A DNA stretch of 64,000 nt from Flavobacterium sp. (GCF_003497625.1 NZ_DNNO01000031.1), one strand, 5' to 3'; shown: positions 19,672-29,103, counted from the stretch's first letter. Notes: a model not told the origin generated them from the sequence alone. Numbers and translations are program-made.

Positions 19672-22600
19672 ATGAAGAAATTATTTTATTTAGTAGTATG
19701 TATCCCTGTTCTTGCTTTAGGACAAAGTACAGACCAAAATTACGTTAAAACCACAGCATACAAAGAGCCTACCGCTTCATCGATAACTAATCCTGATATC
19801 AATCAGGCCAATGTTCAAGTGAGTTATTTTGATGGATTAGGAAGACCTATCCAACAAATTGCATACAAACAATCCAATACAGGAAAGGATATTGTAACGC
19901 ATATAGAATACGACCAGTTTGGCAGACAAACTAAAGATTATTTACCTTATGTAAGCAAAGGAGCATCATTAAATTATTTACCATTAGCACAAACCGATTT
20001 ATTAAATTTCTATGCTTCACCAAATACAACAAACACTGGAAATCCATATTTTGAAGCAACAGGAAATCCTTTTAGTGAGAAGCAATTGGATAATTCGCCA
20101 TTAAATAGAGTTCTTAAACAAGCAGCACCGGGTGATGTTTGGGGTTTACCTCAAACAACAGGTTTGTCTGATGACAGAAGTATCAAGTTTGACTACCAAA
20201 CAAACGTTGCAAATGAAGTCAAGTATTTTAAAGTAGTTTCATCATGGAATTCTTCAAAAGAGTTGTATGAACCTGCGATTGTTCAAACAGGAGATTATGC
20301 AGAGAATCAATTGTATAAAACAATAACAAAAGATGAAAATTGGGTTTCTGGAAAAAGCAACACTACAGAAGAATTCAAAGATAAAGAAGGTAAAGTGGTT
20401 TTAAAAAGAACCTATAATGATGTTTTTGTAGATGGTGTTCTAGTGGAATCTCAAGTAAAACACGATACCTATTATATCTATGATCAATACGGGAATCTTA
20501 CCTATGTAATTCCTCCATTAGCAGAAGGAATAGCTTCAGAAGAGAATTTGAATTATTTAGGTTACCAATACAAATACGATAGTAGAAATAGATTAGTAGA
20601 AAAGAAATTACCAGGTAAACAATGGGAATTTATTGTATATGATAAATTAGATAGACCAATTGCAACAGGACCAGCAAATAATCCTTATGGTGATGGTACG
20701 TTAGGTTGGATGATTACAGAATATGATGCTTTTGGTAGAATTACGCAAACGGGTTGGATAAAAATGACAGCAACTGAAGCCGAACGTAAGAACAATCAAA
20801 ATACAGTAAATTCAGGAGGTAATCCATTTACGTTGATACAAGATGATATTTTGACTAAAAACTATTACGATAATTATTCATTTGCAGAAGCTCCTAACAT
20901 GCCTCAAACTATTGAAGGACAAGTAGCAACAACTGCTACAAGAGGACTGCAAACAGGTTCTTGGGTTAGGGTTTTAGATAATCAAGGTAGTACAACAGCA
21001 GAAACTTCTTATACTTTGTATGATTTTAAATACCGACCTACAAGAACACGAACAACTAACTTTTTAGGAGGTTACACAGAGGTTGACAGTAAATTAGATT
21101 GGTCAGGAAAAGTAGAAAAAACCATTACCAAGCACAAATACGATAGTGCCACAGCCGTTTTAACCACAACGGAAACTTTTACCTACTCACCACAAGATAA
21201 ATTAGTTTTACATATACAAAAAATTAATCAGTCAGATGAACAACTTATTGCTAAAAATAGCTATGACGAATTAGGGCAACTTATCAAGAAAGAAGTTGGA
21301 GGAGTTGATATTACGGGTAATTTAGGCTTACAAACAGTAGATTATCAGTATAACATAAGAGGATGGTTAAAAGCAATAAACGACATTGAAACAGAGAATG
21401 ATTTGTTTGCCTTTAAAATTAATTATAATCAACCTGTCGATGCTACAGCACTTTACAATGGTAATATTTCTGAAACCTATTGGAAGACAGCATCGGATAA
21501 TATACTTAGATCATATCATTACAAATATGATGATTTAAATAGATTATTAGAAGGTAATTACAAGCGTGAAGGTGGTCAATATACTAATAGTTATCTAGAA
21601 AAATTATCATATGATAAAAATGGCAATATTTTAGATTTATTTAGAAACGGAGATAACGATGCGGTTGATTATGAATTTAATATTGATGATTTAAAATATT
21701 TTTATCATCCGCAGAAAGCAAATCAACTTATGAAAGTTACAGACCATAGTAACTCTCCTCAAGGTTTCAAAGATGATATTGTAGATGTAAATGATGTTGA
21801 AGACGATTACGAATATGATGATTTTGGTAATATGGTTGTTGATGCCAATAAGGACATTACTGATATTGATTACAATCATTTAAACTTGCCTACAAAAATA
21901 TATTTTGGAAATGGCACCTCTATTATTTACCTTTATAATGCGACAGGACAAAAAGTTAGAAAAGTGGTTCATTCAAATGACAATATTACAACTGATTATT
22001 TAGGTGGATTTCAATATCATAATAATAAATTGAAACATTTCCCTCATGCTGAAGGTTATGTAAATATTATAGATATTGTTGAGAACAAGTTTAAATACGT
22101 TTTTAATTACATGGATCATTTAGGGAATGTAAGGCTTTCATATTCGGATGCTAATGAGAATAATGTTGTTGAAGAAGATGAAATTTTAGAAGAAAACCAT
22201 TATTATCCTTTTGGGCTGAAACATACTGCCTACAACACGAATCATAGACAATATGTTTCTAATGAAGAGCTTAATGAAATTATTTTAGAACAAATGCCTA
22301 AGTTTGCAGGAGATGGGAGTTATAATTATAAATACAACGGAAAGGAATATCAAGACGAGCTGGGACTGAACATGTACGATTACGGAGCAAGGAATTACGA
22401 CCCTGCTTTAGGTAGATGGATGAACATTGACCCGCTGGCGGAACAAGGACGTAGATGGTCACCTTATAATTATGCGTTTAATAATCCTGTTTATTTTATT
22501 GACCCTGATGGGATGTGGCCGTGGCCTACATTGAAAGATGTTAAAAATTTTGTAAGTGCTACTGGTGATGGTATAGCGGGATTTTATAAAGACGTAAAAA

Positions 22601-23214
22601 ATACTGTTGTGAATGCTCCATCTAGGCTTGCAAAAGGTTATTCTTCACCAAAAGAGGCATTAAAATTAGCTGTTGAAACACATCCATTAAATATGGTTGT
22701 TGGACAATTTAAAAATACTGTTGATGGAGCTAAGAGTTTATCAAAAGGGGATTATAAAAGTGCAGGAAAAGCATATGGTAATCAATTAGGAGCAGGAAGT
22801 TTAGCCCTAGCTACGATGGGTACAGCCAAAAGTTCACCAAAAACAAGTGTGAAAAAAGTTGCTGCTGAAACCCCAGTTTCTAATCCAGTTCCATCTACTT
22901 TGGCTAGAGTAATTCCAGCAGATGTGCAGGCAACTACATTAGGGGCGCAATCTGCTGAAAGAGTTTTTGTTACTACGGCTAGTGATATTTCTGGCTTAAA
23001 TGCCTCAGGTATAGCTAATAAATTAACAATCCCTGAGAGTCCAACTGGATTTCAAGTAATAGAGTTTCCAACTCCAAGTAATGGTATTGCTACACCAATT
23101 CAGTCAAATCTACCTGGATTTATAGGTGGGGGTAAAACAGCTGGAGGTGCAACAGAATTTACAATCCCAAATCAACCAATTCCACTAAATGCAACAAAAA
23201 AAATAGTTGAATAA
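19672..23214 (+). CDS. RHS/YD-repeat polymorphic toxin (Bacteroidota-type N-terminus, RHS core, variable C-terminal toxin domain)
   Basis: Many YD repeats (YDxxGR/N). RHS core end reads [39 protein letters not shown]...NNPVYFIDPDGM. A ~235-aa unrelated C-terminal tip follows. Confidence 0.9.
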   Translation: MKKLFYLVVCIPVLALGQSTDQNYVKTTAYKEPTASSITNPDINQANVQVSYFDGLGRPIQQIAYKQSNTGKDIVTHIEYDQFGRQTKDYLPYVSKGASLNYLPLAQTDLLNFYASPNTTNTGNPYFEATGNPFSEKQLDNSPLNRVLKQAAPGDVWGLPQTTGLSDDRSIKFDYQTNVANEVKYFKVVSSWNSSKELYEPAIVQTGDYAENQLYKTITKDENWVSGKSNTTEEFKDKEGKVVLKRTYNDVFVDGVLVESQVKHDTYYIYDQYGNLTYVIPPLAEGIASEENLNYLGYQYKYDSRNRLVEKKLPGKQWEFIVYDKLDRPIATGPANNPYGDGTLGWMITEYDAFGRITQTGWIKMTATEAERKNNQNTVNSGGNPFTLIQDDILTKNYYDNYSFAEAPNMPQTIEGQVATTATRGLQTGSWVRVLDNQGSTTAETSYTLYDFKYRPTRTRTTNFLGGYTEVDSKLDWSGKVEKTITKHKYDSATAVLTTTETFTYSPQDKLVLHIQKINQSDEQLIAKNSYDELGQLIKKEVGGVDITGNLGLQTVDYQYNIRGWLKAINDIETENDLFAFKINYNQPVDATALYNGNISETYWKTASDNILRSYHYKYDDLNRLLEGNYKREGGQYTNSYLEKLSYDKNGNILDLFRNGDNDAVDYEFNIDDLKYFYHPQKANQLMKVTDHSNSPQGFKDDIVDVNDVEDDYEYDDFGNMVVDANKDITDIDYNHLNLPTKIYFGNGTSIIYLYNATGQKVRKVVHSNDNITTDYLGGFQYHNNKLKHFPHAEGYVNIIDIVENKFKYVFNYMDHLGNVRLSYSDANENNVVEEDEILEENHYYPFGLKHTAYNTNHRQYVSNEELNEIILEQMPKFAGDGSYNYKYNGKEYQDELGLNMYDYGARNYDPALGRWMNIDPLAEQGRRWSPYNYAFNNPVYFIDPDGMWPWPTLKDVKNFVSATGDGIAGFYKDVKNTVVNAPSRLAKGYSSPKEALKLAVETHPLNMVVGQFKNTVDGAKSLSKGDYKSAGKAYGNQLGAGSLALATMGTAKSSPKTSVKKVAAETPVSNPVPSTLARVIPADVQATTLGAQSAERVFVTTASDISGLNASGIANKLTIPESPTGFQVIEFPTPSNGIATPIQSNLPGFIGGGKTAGGATEFTIPNQPIPLNATKKIVE
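22327..22443 (+). repeat. rhs core-end repeat, copy 1 (direct repeat of 32742..32858)
   Basis: Hand alignment shows ~13 mismatches in 117 nt, mostly at synonymous third-codon positions. Confidence 0.85.
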
Positions 23215-23504
23215 TGAAACTTATTGAAGAAAAAGAAAAAGAATTGACAGGTAACTGGATATTTAAAGACGGTAAGATAGTTGAAGATGAAACTTCTAAA
23301 AGAATAAAATTTTTAATAGACAATTTTCTTGTGAAAATTGCCGTATCACCTTCAGGCTGGGAAAAATTATTTCAAGACCCAAATGATTTAAGATTTTGGG
23401 AATTGACATATAATGATGGGGAATTTCATGGAGGAGGTGCTCCATCATTAAGGAATATTTCAAAAGAAATGGCAGTGAAAAATTATTCTTTAAATGTTGA
23501 CTAA
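23214..23504 (+). CDS. putative cognate immunity protein of the RHS toxin tip
   Basis: 96-aa ORF whose ATG overlaps the rhs stop (TAATG), suggesting translational coupling. It has no signal peptide. Conserved-looking W...FWE...GGGAP segment. Confidence 0.7.
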   Translation: MKLIEEKEKELTGNWIFKDGKIVEDETSKRIKFLIDNFLVKIAVSPSGWEKLFQDPNDLRFWELTYNDGEFHGGGAPSLRNISKEMAVKNYSLNVD

Positions 23505-23513
23505 CATTGAAAT

Positions 23514-24047
23514 GGTAATGTTTCAGATTAAGACTACAACCATTCAAAAATCCTAAATTAAAATAGGATTAGTTAACTAGTTCGCAAACAATTAAACGGC
23601 ATTGATGTATGATTCAGAAATGCCGTTTTTTTAATAGTAAAAACAAGAAATCCTAACCGTTAAAAGTTAGGATTCTTTATTATTTTATAAACGTCCGCTA
23701 GCACGTAATCCTTCTTTTATTACATGTATGTCGCTCCAAAAAAGCTCAAATCTATTTCGATTATAAACTTGAATTAAACCATTAATTCCTTCAGGTGTTA
23801 ATTTATCTTTGAAATAATTATTGGTCAAAATGTGATATTTGGTTGATATTAGTGTGGTATCTTCATTACTATTCTTGAAAAAGAAATTATATTTTTCTCT
23901 TAATTTTTCCTTTAACAAATCGTTGTCAGCTTGGTTTGAATCATCGATTAAAATTTCTTCAGGAACTTTATTTTCAACGGATGTTTGTTCTTCAGGTAGA
24001 TTTGGTTCTTTTACCTCATCAGGTTCGTTTTCGGGTTCGTTTAAGTT
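23514..24047 (+). repeat. ~534-bp direct repeat R, copy 1 (hairpin-rich spacer plus 3' part of the Rep-like gene)
   Basis: Aligns with 34074..34605 at roughly 90% identity by eye. It begins with an IS1-IRL-like 20-mer, ggtaatgtttcagattaaga. Confidence 0.85.
23594..23632 (+). terminator. rho-independent terminator of the rhs-immunity operon
   Basis: aaacggcatt / aatgccgttt stem followed by a T7 run. Confidence 0.75.
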
Positions 24048-24407
24048 CTCGTTAAATGCAGTTTTTGAATTATTTGTTTTTAGATACTCATTGAATTTAT
24101 CAATGTCGATTTTGATTTCATGCGTTGAAGTGTAGCCGTTTTCTCCCTTTTTATTTCCTAACTGTATGCTTGAAAAAAAATCGAATTTCTTTGAAGTTGA
24201 AATGGTTTTTCTTATACCGCTTTCTGTTAGTCCTAATTGGTCAGCAATGTATTTGTTTTTTGCTGTTAGCGTTTTGCCTTTTTCTTGCCAGCCAATAATG
24301 TAAGCAAAAAAGATTTTTTGGGTTGATGTGATTTCTTGTACCGAGATTCTTCTAAGCGAATCGTTTACTTTGGTAAATGTTTTTTGATTTTTTTCACTAG
24401 GTTTCAT
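23685..24407 (-). CDS. HTH-domain protein, candidate replication initiator (Rep-like) of the plasmid-like element
   Basis: 240 aa. N-terminal winged-helix-like segment (FFAYIIGWQEKGKTLTAKNKYIADQLGLTESGIRKTIS), acidic linker, and conserved C-terminal domain. Iterons lie directly upstream. The Rep function is inferred from context only. Confidence 0.6.
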   Translation of the reverse strand: MKPSEKNQKTFTKVNDSLRRISVQEITSTQKIFFAYIIGWQEKGKTLTAKNKYIADQLGLTESGIRKTISTSKKFDFFSSIQLGNKKGENGYTSTHEIKIDIDKFNEYLKTNNSKTAFNENLNEPENEPDEVKEPNLPEEQTSVENKVPEEILIDDSNQADNDLLKEKLREKYNFFFKNSNEDTTLISTKYHILTNNYFKDKLTPEGINGLIQVYNRNRFELFWSDIHVIKEGLRASGRL

Positions 24408-24661
24408 TTTTAATATTTGTATTTCCTAATTGTTATTCCCTGCTTTTTTACTTGGTTAGGAAAGCTGGGCAGTATGCCTACTGTATGAACCCCAGCACCC
24501 AAGACAATCAAAAGTTGATTATGCTTAAATTTAGTCCTAATTATTGAATAAGTCAATGATTTTGGACAACAAAATGGTGGTTGAGATGCGTTTTTTTTTT
24601 GTTTGACTAACTTACTCCAAAAAGTCTTTGCTGTCAAGTTGAAATGCATTTTTTTCTGAAT

Positions 24662-24792
24662 TGTCCCACAGGACAGATGTAGTAATTTGGTTTGTCCTAG
24701 AGTACAATATCATGTCCCACAGGACAAAAGTAGTGTCCCCTAGCACAACATAGTTGTCCCACAGCACGGTTAAAAACGTCCTACAGTAACCC
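24662..24792. repeat. array of six iteron-like 14-mers (consensus TGTCCYAnAGnACA)
   Basis: Copies start at 24662, 24693, 24713, 24734, 24755 and 24777, with spacings of 31, 20, 21, 21 and 22 bp. Two copies are the perfect palindrome TGTCCCACAGGACA. A very AT-rich stretch follows (24795-24880). Confidence 0.8.
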
Positions 24793-24889
24793 TATATTAG
24801 ATTATATATTAAATTAATAATAAGAATATATATAATACTATTTATTAGGGAAATTAAGTTTTTTGTTGAATTTATCTTTTAATAAAAAT

Positions 24890-25135
24890 CGATTTCAACT
24901 TGAAATGAAGATTTACTTCAACTTAAATTTATTTATTGAAAAGAAACAATATCAACTAAAGGAAATGGCGGAGCCAACTCATATTCAACTTAAAATAAGT
25001 CCATACATCAACTAAAAGAAATTGGCGAAGCCAACATATATTCAACTTGAAATAAGTCTTCATATCAACTCAAAAGAAGTACTCATTTCAACCACCCGAA
25101 GGGAATCCATCTCAACCCCTACGGGAAGTAGACCC
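24890..25135. repeat. tandem 56-57-bp repeats with nine (A/T)TCAAC cores
   Basis: Units start at 24951, 25007 and 25064, with degenerate copies on either side. TCAAC cores lie at 24895, 24918, 24952, 24985, 25008, 25042, 25065, 25088 and 25112, with alternating ~23/34-bp spacing. No ORF covers the region. Confidence 0.8.
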
Positions 25136-25418
25136 AGCCCGCTAGCCGTTTTAAAGCATCTATTGACATCCCATTTTCACTGTCACTAGCACCTAAAAGC
25201 TAAAGGTTTGAAATACACAAATCCAACCCCTCGTATCTAAAAACAGCCCTTCCCCCCTGTAAACGAATTCAAAAATTGGGAAATGTTCATTTTCAGTTAT
25301 CCGCCTCATATTAGAATTTTCCACTCACATATTAATAGGCGAATAAATGCGTTCAAAAATTCTGAGTTAAAATTTTCAGAATTCAAAATTTGAAGATATT
25401 TATTAGTAAACGGAAAAC

Positions 25419-25562
25419 ATGAAAATAGTAATTACACTCAAGCAGTTAAAAGGGGTGCTTCGCACACAACCAATAAAACCAGTTGTTTTTAAAGTTGCTA
25501 ATTTCAACGATAAAGAAATGTTGGAATTATCAAAAATGTTTCAAGAAAAAGAACGATGTTAA
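25419..25562 (+). CDS. possible 47-aa ORF (hypothetical)
   Basis: MKIVITLKQLKGVLRTQPIKPVVFKVANFNDKEMLELSKMFQEKERC. Its stop lies inside a hairpin (aacgatgt taa cacatcgtt) followed by a T-run. It is below the length cut-off of the ORF track, and coding status is uncertain. Confidence 0.25.
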   Translation: MKIVITLKQLKGVLRTQPIKPVVFKVANFNDKEMLELSKMFQEKERC

Positions 25563-25790
25563 CACATCGTTTTTTTTATGCCTAAAAATGACCCAAAATC
25601 TCGCAAGCCCAGGAAAACCAGGATTTTTCTAGGATATGTAAAAAAAGACCTGGACATTTGTTTCACTATTGTAAAGAAGTGAAATAAAAGCAACAAACCC
25701 AGTAAAATCAAGGGTTTACAAAGGTTGGTAAAACGACCACTTTCACTAAGGGTAGAAAACTAATAAAAGTGAAACTAAAATCGTAAAATT

Positions 25791-26366
25791 ATGGCATTAA
25801 AAGGACAAAAAACAACGAGTGATTTTTTAGAGTGGGAAAAGATGCAATCACTAGTTTTAAAATTGGAGCGTGATGGTGAATTGAAATTTGCGCTATTGAT
25901 TGCGACAGGTTCATACATTGGACTTAGAATTTCAGATTTACTTCAATTACGTTGGAATCAGGTTTTAGACCAAGATTATTTTACCATCACCGAGAAGAAA
26001 ACCAAGAAAACACGTAAAGTAACTATTAACCCTGAGTTGAAAACAATTCTTAATCGTTTGTTTATTCAACTAGGAGCCAAAGAAAATGATTTAATGTTCG
26101 TGAACCGCTTCGGGGAAAAACCATTTTCAATCCAATACGTGAATAGTAAGCTAAAAGAGATATTTACCACTTACAAGATAAAAGGACAATATTCGAGCCA
26201 CTTTATGAGAAAGACACTAGGTCGCAGAATATGGGAAGTTAACAAGTACTCTGACCAAGCGTTGTTGTTATTATCTCAATTGTTCAATCATGCGAGCGTA
26301 TCAACAACCAAAATTTACTTAGGAATTCGTGAAACGGAGATTAGTAATCTGTATTTGAGTGTCTAA
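25791..26366 (+). CDS. short tyrosine recombinase (catalytic domain only, 191 aa)
   Basis: Catalytic motifs GLRISDL (Arg I), HFMRKT (HxxR) and NHASVSTTKIYLG (His...Tyr). It lacks the usual N-terminal core-binding domain. Confidence 0.8.
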   Translation: MALKGQKTTSDFLEWEKMQSLVLKLERDGELKFALLIATGSYIGLRISDLLQLRWNQVLDQDYFTITEKKTKKTRKVTINPELKTILNRLFIQLGAKENDLMFVNRFGEKPFSIQYVNSKLKEIFTTYKIKGQYSSHFMRKTLGRRIWEVNKYSDQALLLLSQLFNHASVSTTKIYLGIRETEISNLYLSV

Positions 26367-26854
26367 ACGGCACTCAATTTTCACAAAAACAGGTTGGAAT
26401 TATAGTAAATTGTTTAATTTGAATACGTTACAGGTGTTTTTAGAAAATAAGCCAAAAAATTATTCATAAAAATTCAGGTCATTTTTGTTAATGTTTTGCA
26501 GAATATTCAAAAAAAATCAAGAGTAACCAAATTAAACAATTCAGCAACCGTAACTAGTTGATTTTCAAGGCTAATTGAAATTTGTCTAAAAACAGACTGA
26601 GAATTCAATAATTGTAAGAATTTACCCGTTTTTTAGTCTCGTTTCGCTACCATATCTTTGTAAAAGGAAATCCAAGAAAAACGAAACATCTAACCTAACT
26701 ACTAGCTATAGTGGGGCTTAAGTTTTAAAAAAGTTGATTGTAGAGCTAAACATTTCAACTAGAAAAATCATAATTAATTTATCAAATTACCAATTCGGTG
26801 AAATACCCGAAGCAGGATTCTTATGTCCAAAATTTTACGTCAAACCTTTAAAAA

Positions 26855-27427
26855 TTGAAGCTTATGGAAACACTCGATACCTTGTTTAAATCCTTTGAAA
26901 TGGGACTTAGAATGCCAAAGGCGGTAAAGCCAAAAGAATACCTTAAAAGTTCAGGGTTGGATTATACCGATTTGCGTATTGGTTTTAATTCGGGTCAGTT
27001 TCACCACAACGTAAGCCAAGAGTTAAAAGACAATTACGAGGCGTTGGGAGTAATTCAAAAAAGCAACGCTGGAGTAAGTAAAGAAGGAATGACCGCTTAC
27101 ACCGTGTTTGGTAGATATAGTGTAGTGTTTCCGTTGATGAATCAAAAAAACGAGGTTGTTAATCTTTTTGCGATACGTTTTGATATGGAAACCCAACAAG
27201 CGGAATATCTCAACAGCGAGGGCATTTATCCAAACTATCCGCCACCATTAACCAAACGATTGTACATAGTTCCAACGGTTTTAGATTGTGCCAGCCTTTT
27301 ACAAAGCAAGATACTTGAAAATAGGGATTCGGTCATGGCATTACACAACGCAGAACTATTGCCACAGCATTTGGAAGCTATAAAAACATTACACGAATTG
27401 GAAGAAATCATCATCATTAAAAATTAA
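26855..27427 (+). CDS. hypothetical protein, possibly a degenerate Toprim/primase-like module
   Basis: The ORF track starts at TTG 26855, and the first ATG is at 26864. The segment RLYIVPTVLDCASLLQ...VMALHNAELLPQHLEAIK has a Toprim-like strand-helix layout, but Pro replaces the Toprim Glu. It ends 5 nt before the next gene. Confidence 0.5.
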   Translation: MKLMETLDTLFKSFEMGLRMPKAVKPKEYLKSSGLDYTDLRIGFNSGQFHHNVSQELKDNYEALGVIQKSNAGVSKEGMTAYTVFGRYSVVFPLMNQKNEVVNLFAIRFDMETQQAEYLNSEGIYPNYPPPLTKRLYIVPTVLDCASLLQSKILENRDSVMALHNAELLPQHLEAIKTLHELEEIIIIKN

Positions 27428-27432
27428 GCACT

Positions 27433-29103
27433 ATGGAAAATATCAAATCAACATTACAAGCATTACGCCCTGAGTTACCAATTACCATGATTGGGTTGCC
27501 TGATGGTGAAAACTTAAATACCATGTGGCTTAATTATGGTGCGGATGGAATCCTACAATTAATCAGCGATTCAAAAGATGAAAATCAAAATAATTTTTTA
27601 GATATAATCAACGATTTTAAAATTGGATTCAAGGGTAAAACAGGTGAATTCTTTGTAATCGGTCAGTTGCCAATGGATTTGGGAAATCTAAGAGTGACGC
27701 TCCAAATTGTAAACCACCACAATCAGAAGAAAATCCGATTGAAAATTGATTTGTACGACTTTGTGAGCGTTCAGAACCAATGCAGGGAACTATCCGAGAA
27801 ACAAGGTTTTGACATCAATCTACTAGAAGCGGATTTGATTCAGTTAACTGACCTACTAGAAGAGTACAGAGAATCGCTTTTTGATGCTGAAATTAACCCG
27901 ATAACGGACAAATATTCAGAAAACGAGCTAACACCCCAAGCCAATGAAAAAGCGGTGCAATTCCTATCAAATAAACGCCTACTAGAAAACATCGATAAAC
28001 TATTGGAACAATCGGGAATCGTTGGTGAGGAAGAAAACAGAAAACTACTTTTCATTTTAGCCAGCAGTTACAAAATGCCGTATTTGTTGCATGCGCTGAT
28101 TCAAGGAACATCGGGCGAAGGTAAAAGCCATTTGCTTAACTCAATTGCAGAATGTATGCCACAGGAAGACGTAATGAATCTAACTCGAATCACAAGTAAA
28201 TCATTGTACCATTACAGGGAAAAAGAGTTAATGAATAAACTGATTTTGATTCAGGATTTTGATGGACTAGACGAAGAAGCCCAATTTGCTTTTAGAGAAA
28301 TGCAATCCGCTAAATTTCTGAGTAGTTCAACGGTGGTTAAAGATATGTTTGGACAAACACGAGGCAAGATGAAACAAGTACAAGCCCATTTTTCAAGTCT
28401 GACCGCCACCACTAAAGCTGAGGTGTATTATGATAACATGAGCCGTTCGGTGGTCTTGGGTGTGGATGAATCACAGGAGCAAACCCTAAGAATCATAAAG
28501 CAACAAAACATGAAAATCGCAGGAATTAGTAGCTCAGAATCGGAGCAACAAGCCAAACAATTACTAAGAAATGCAATGCGGGTGCTAAAGAGTTATGAAG
28601 TGGTGAATCCGTATGCGGATAAACTTATGTTGCCTCTTGAAGCTAAGATGTTAAGACGATTAAACAGCCAGTTTCAAAACTTTGTTTCTCAAATTACAAT
28701 CTTGCACCAGTTCCAACGTAAAACGGATGACAAAGGCAGGCTAATCGCTACTAAAGAAGACATTCAAAAAGCAGTTGAAATATTTTTCAGCAGTATTGTA
28801 ATCAAAGTGGATGAACTCGATAAAAGCACAAGGCAATTCTTTGAACGATTGAAAGGCTATGTGAAAAGCCAACCAAACGGAACAACGCACCGTTTCTGCA
28901 TTCGAGAAGTAAGACAAGATTTGAACATGAGTAAAACATCTGCATTCAAGTATTTTCAAACCTTACAGGAATTGGAATACATTCAAGTGGTGGAAGGTGC
29001 GGTGAACAAAGGATTCAAATACACCATTTCATACTGGGACAATATGGAAAAGCTAAAAGCCAAAATCAAAGAGGACTTAAACAAACAGCTGTTCGCTTTT
29101 TAG
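27433..29103 (+). CDS. P-loop NTPase, primase-associated helicase-like replication protein
   Basis: Walker A GTSGEGKSH and Walker B LILIQDFDG, with a winged-helix-like C-terminus. It is comparable to primase/helicase proteins of Bacteroidota mobilisable elements; that comparison is a family-level inference. Confidence 0.65.
   Translation: MENIKSTLQALRPELPITMIGLPDGENLNTMWLNYGADGILQLISDSKDENQNNFLDIINDFKIGFKGKTGEFFVIGQLPMDLGNLRVTLQIVNHHNQKKIRLKIDLYDFVSVQNQCRELSEKQGFDINLLEADLIQLTDLLEEYRESLFDAEINPITDKYSENELTPQANEKAVQFLSNKRLLENIDKLLEQSGIVGEEENRKLLFILASSYKMPYLLHALIQGTSGEGKSHLLNSIAECMPQEDVMNLTRITSKSLYHYREKELMNKLILIQDFDGLDEEAQFAFREMQSAKFLSSSTVVKDMFGQTRGKMKQVQAHFSSLTATTKAEVYYDNMSRSVVLGVDESQEQTLRIIKQQNMKIAGISSSESEQQAKQLLRNAMRVLKSYEVVNPYADKLMLPLEAKMLRRLNSQFQNFVSQITILHQFQRKTDDKGRLIATKEDIQKAVEIFFSSIVIKVDELDKSTRQFFERLKGYVKSQPNGTTHRFCIREVRQDLNMSKTSAFKYFQTLQELEYIQVVEGAVNKGFKYTISYWDNMEKLKAKIKEDLNKQLFAF

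Noticed and set aside
24410-24649. 79-aa minus-strand ORF upstream of the Rep-like gene
   Set aside because: It lies in the presumed promoter/leader of the Rep-like gene, its composition is odd (Cys/Pro runs read from a poly-A/T tract), and nothing supports it.
24890-25135. Possible CRISPR array, because of regularly spaced repeats
   Set aside because: The units are contiguous 56-57-bp tandem repeats with internal sub-repeats. They are not short repeats separated by unique spacers. No cas genes are present in the window.
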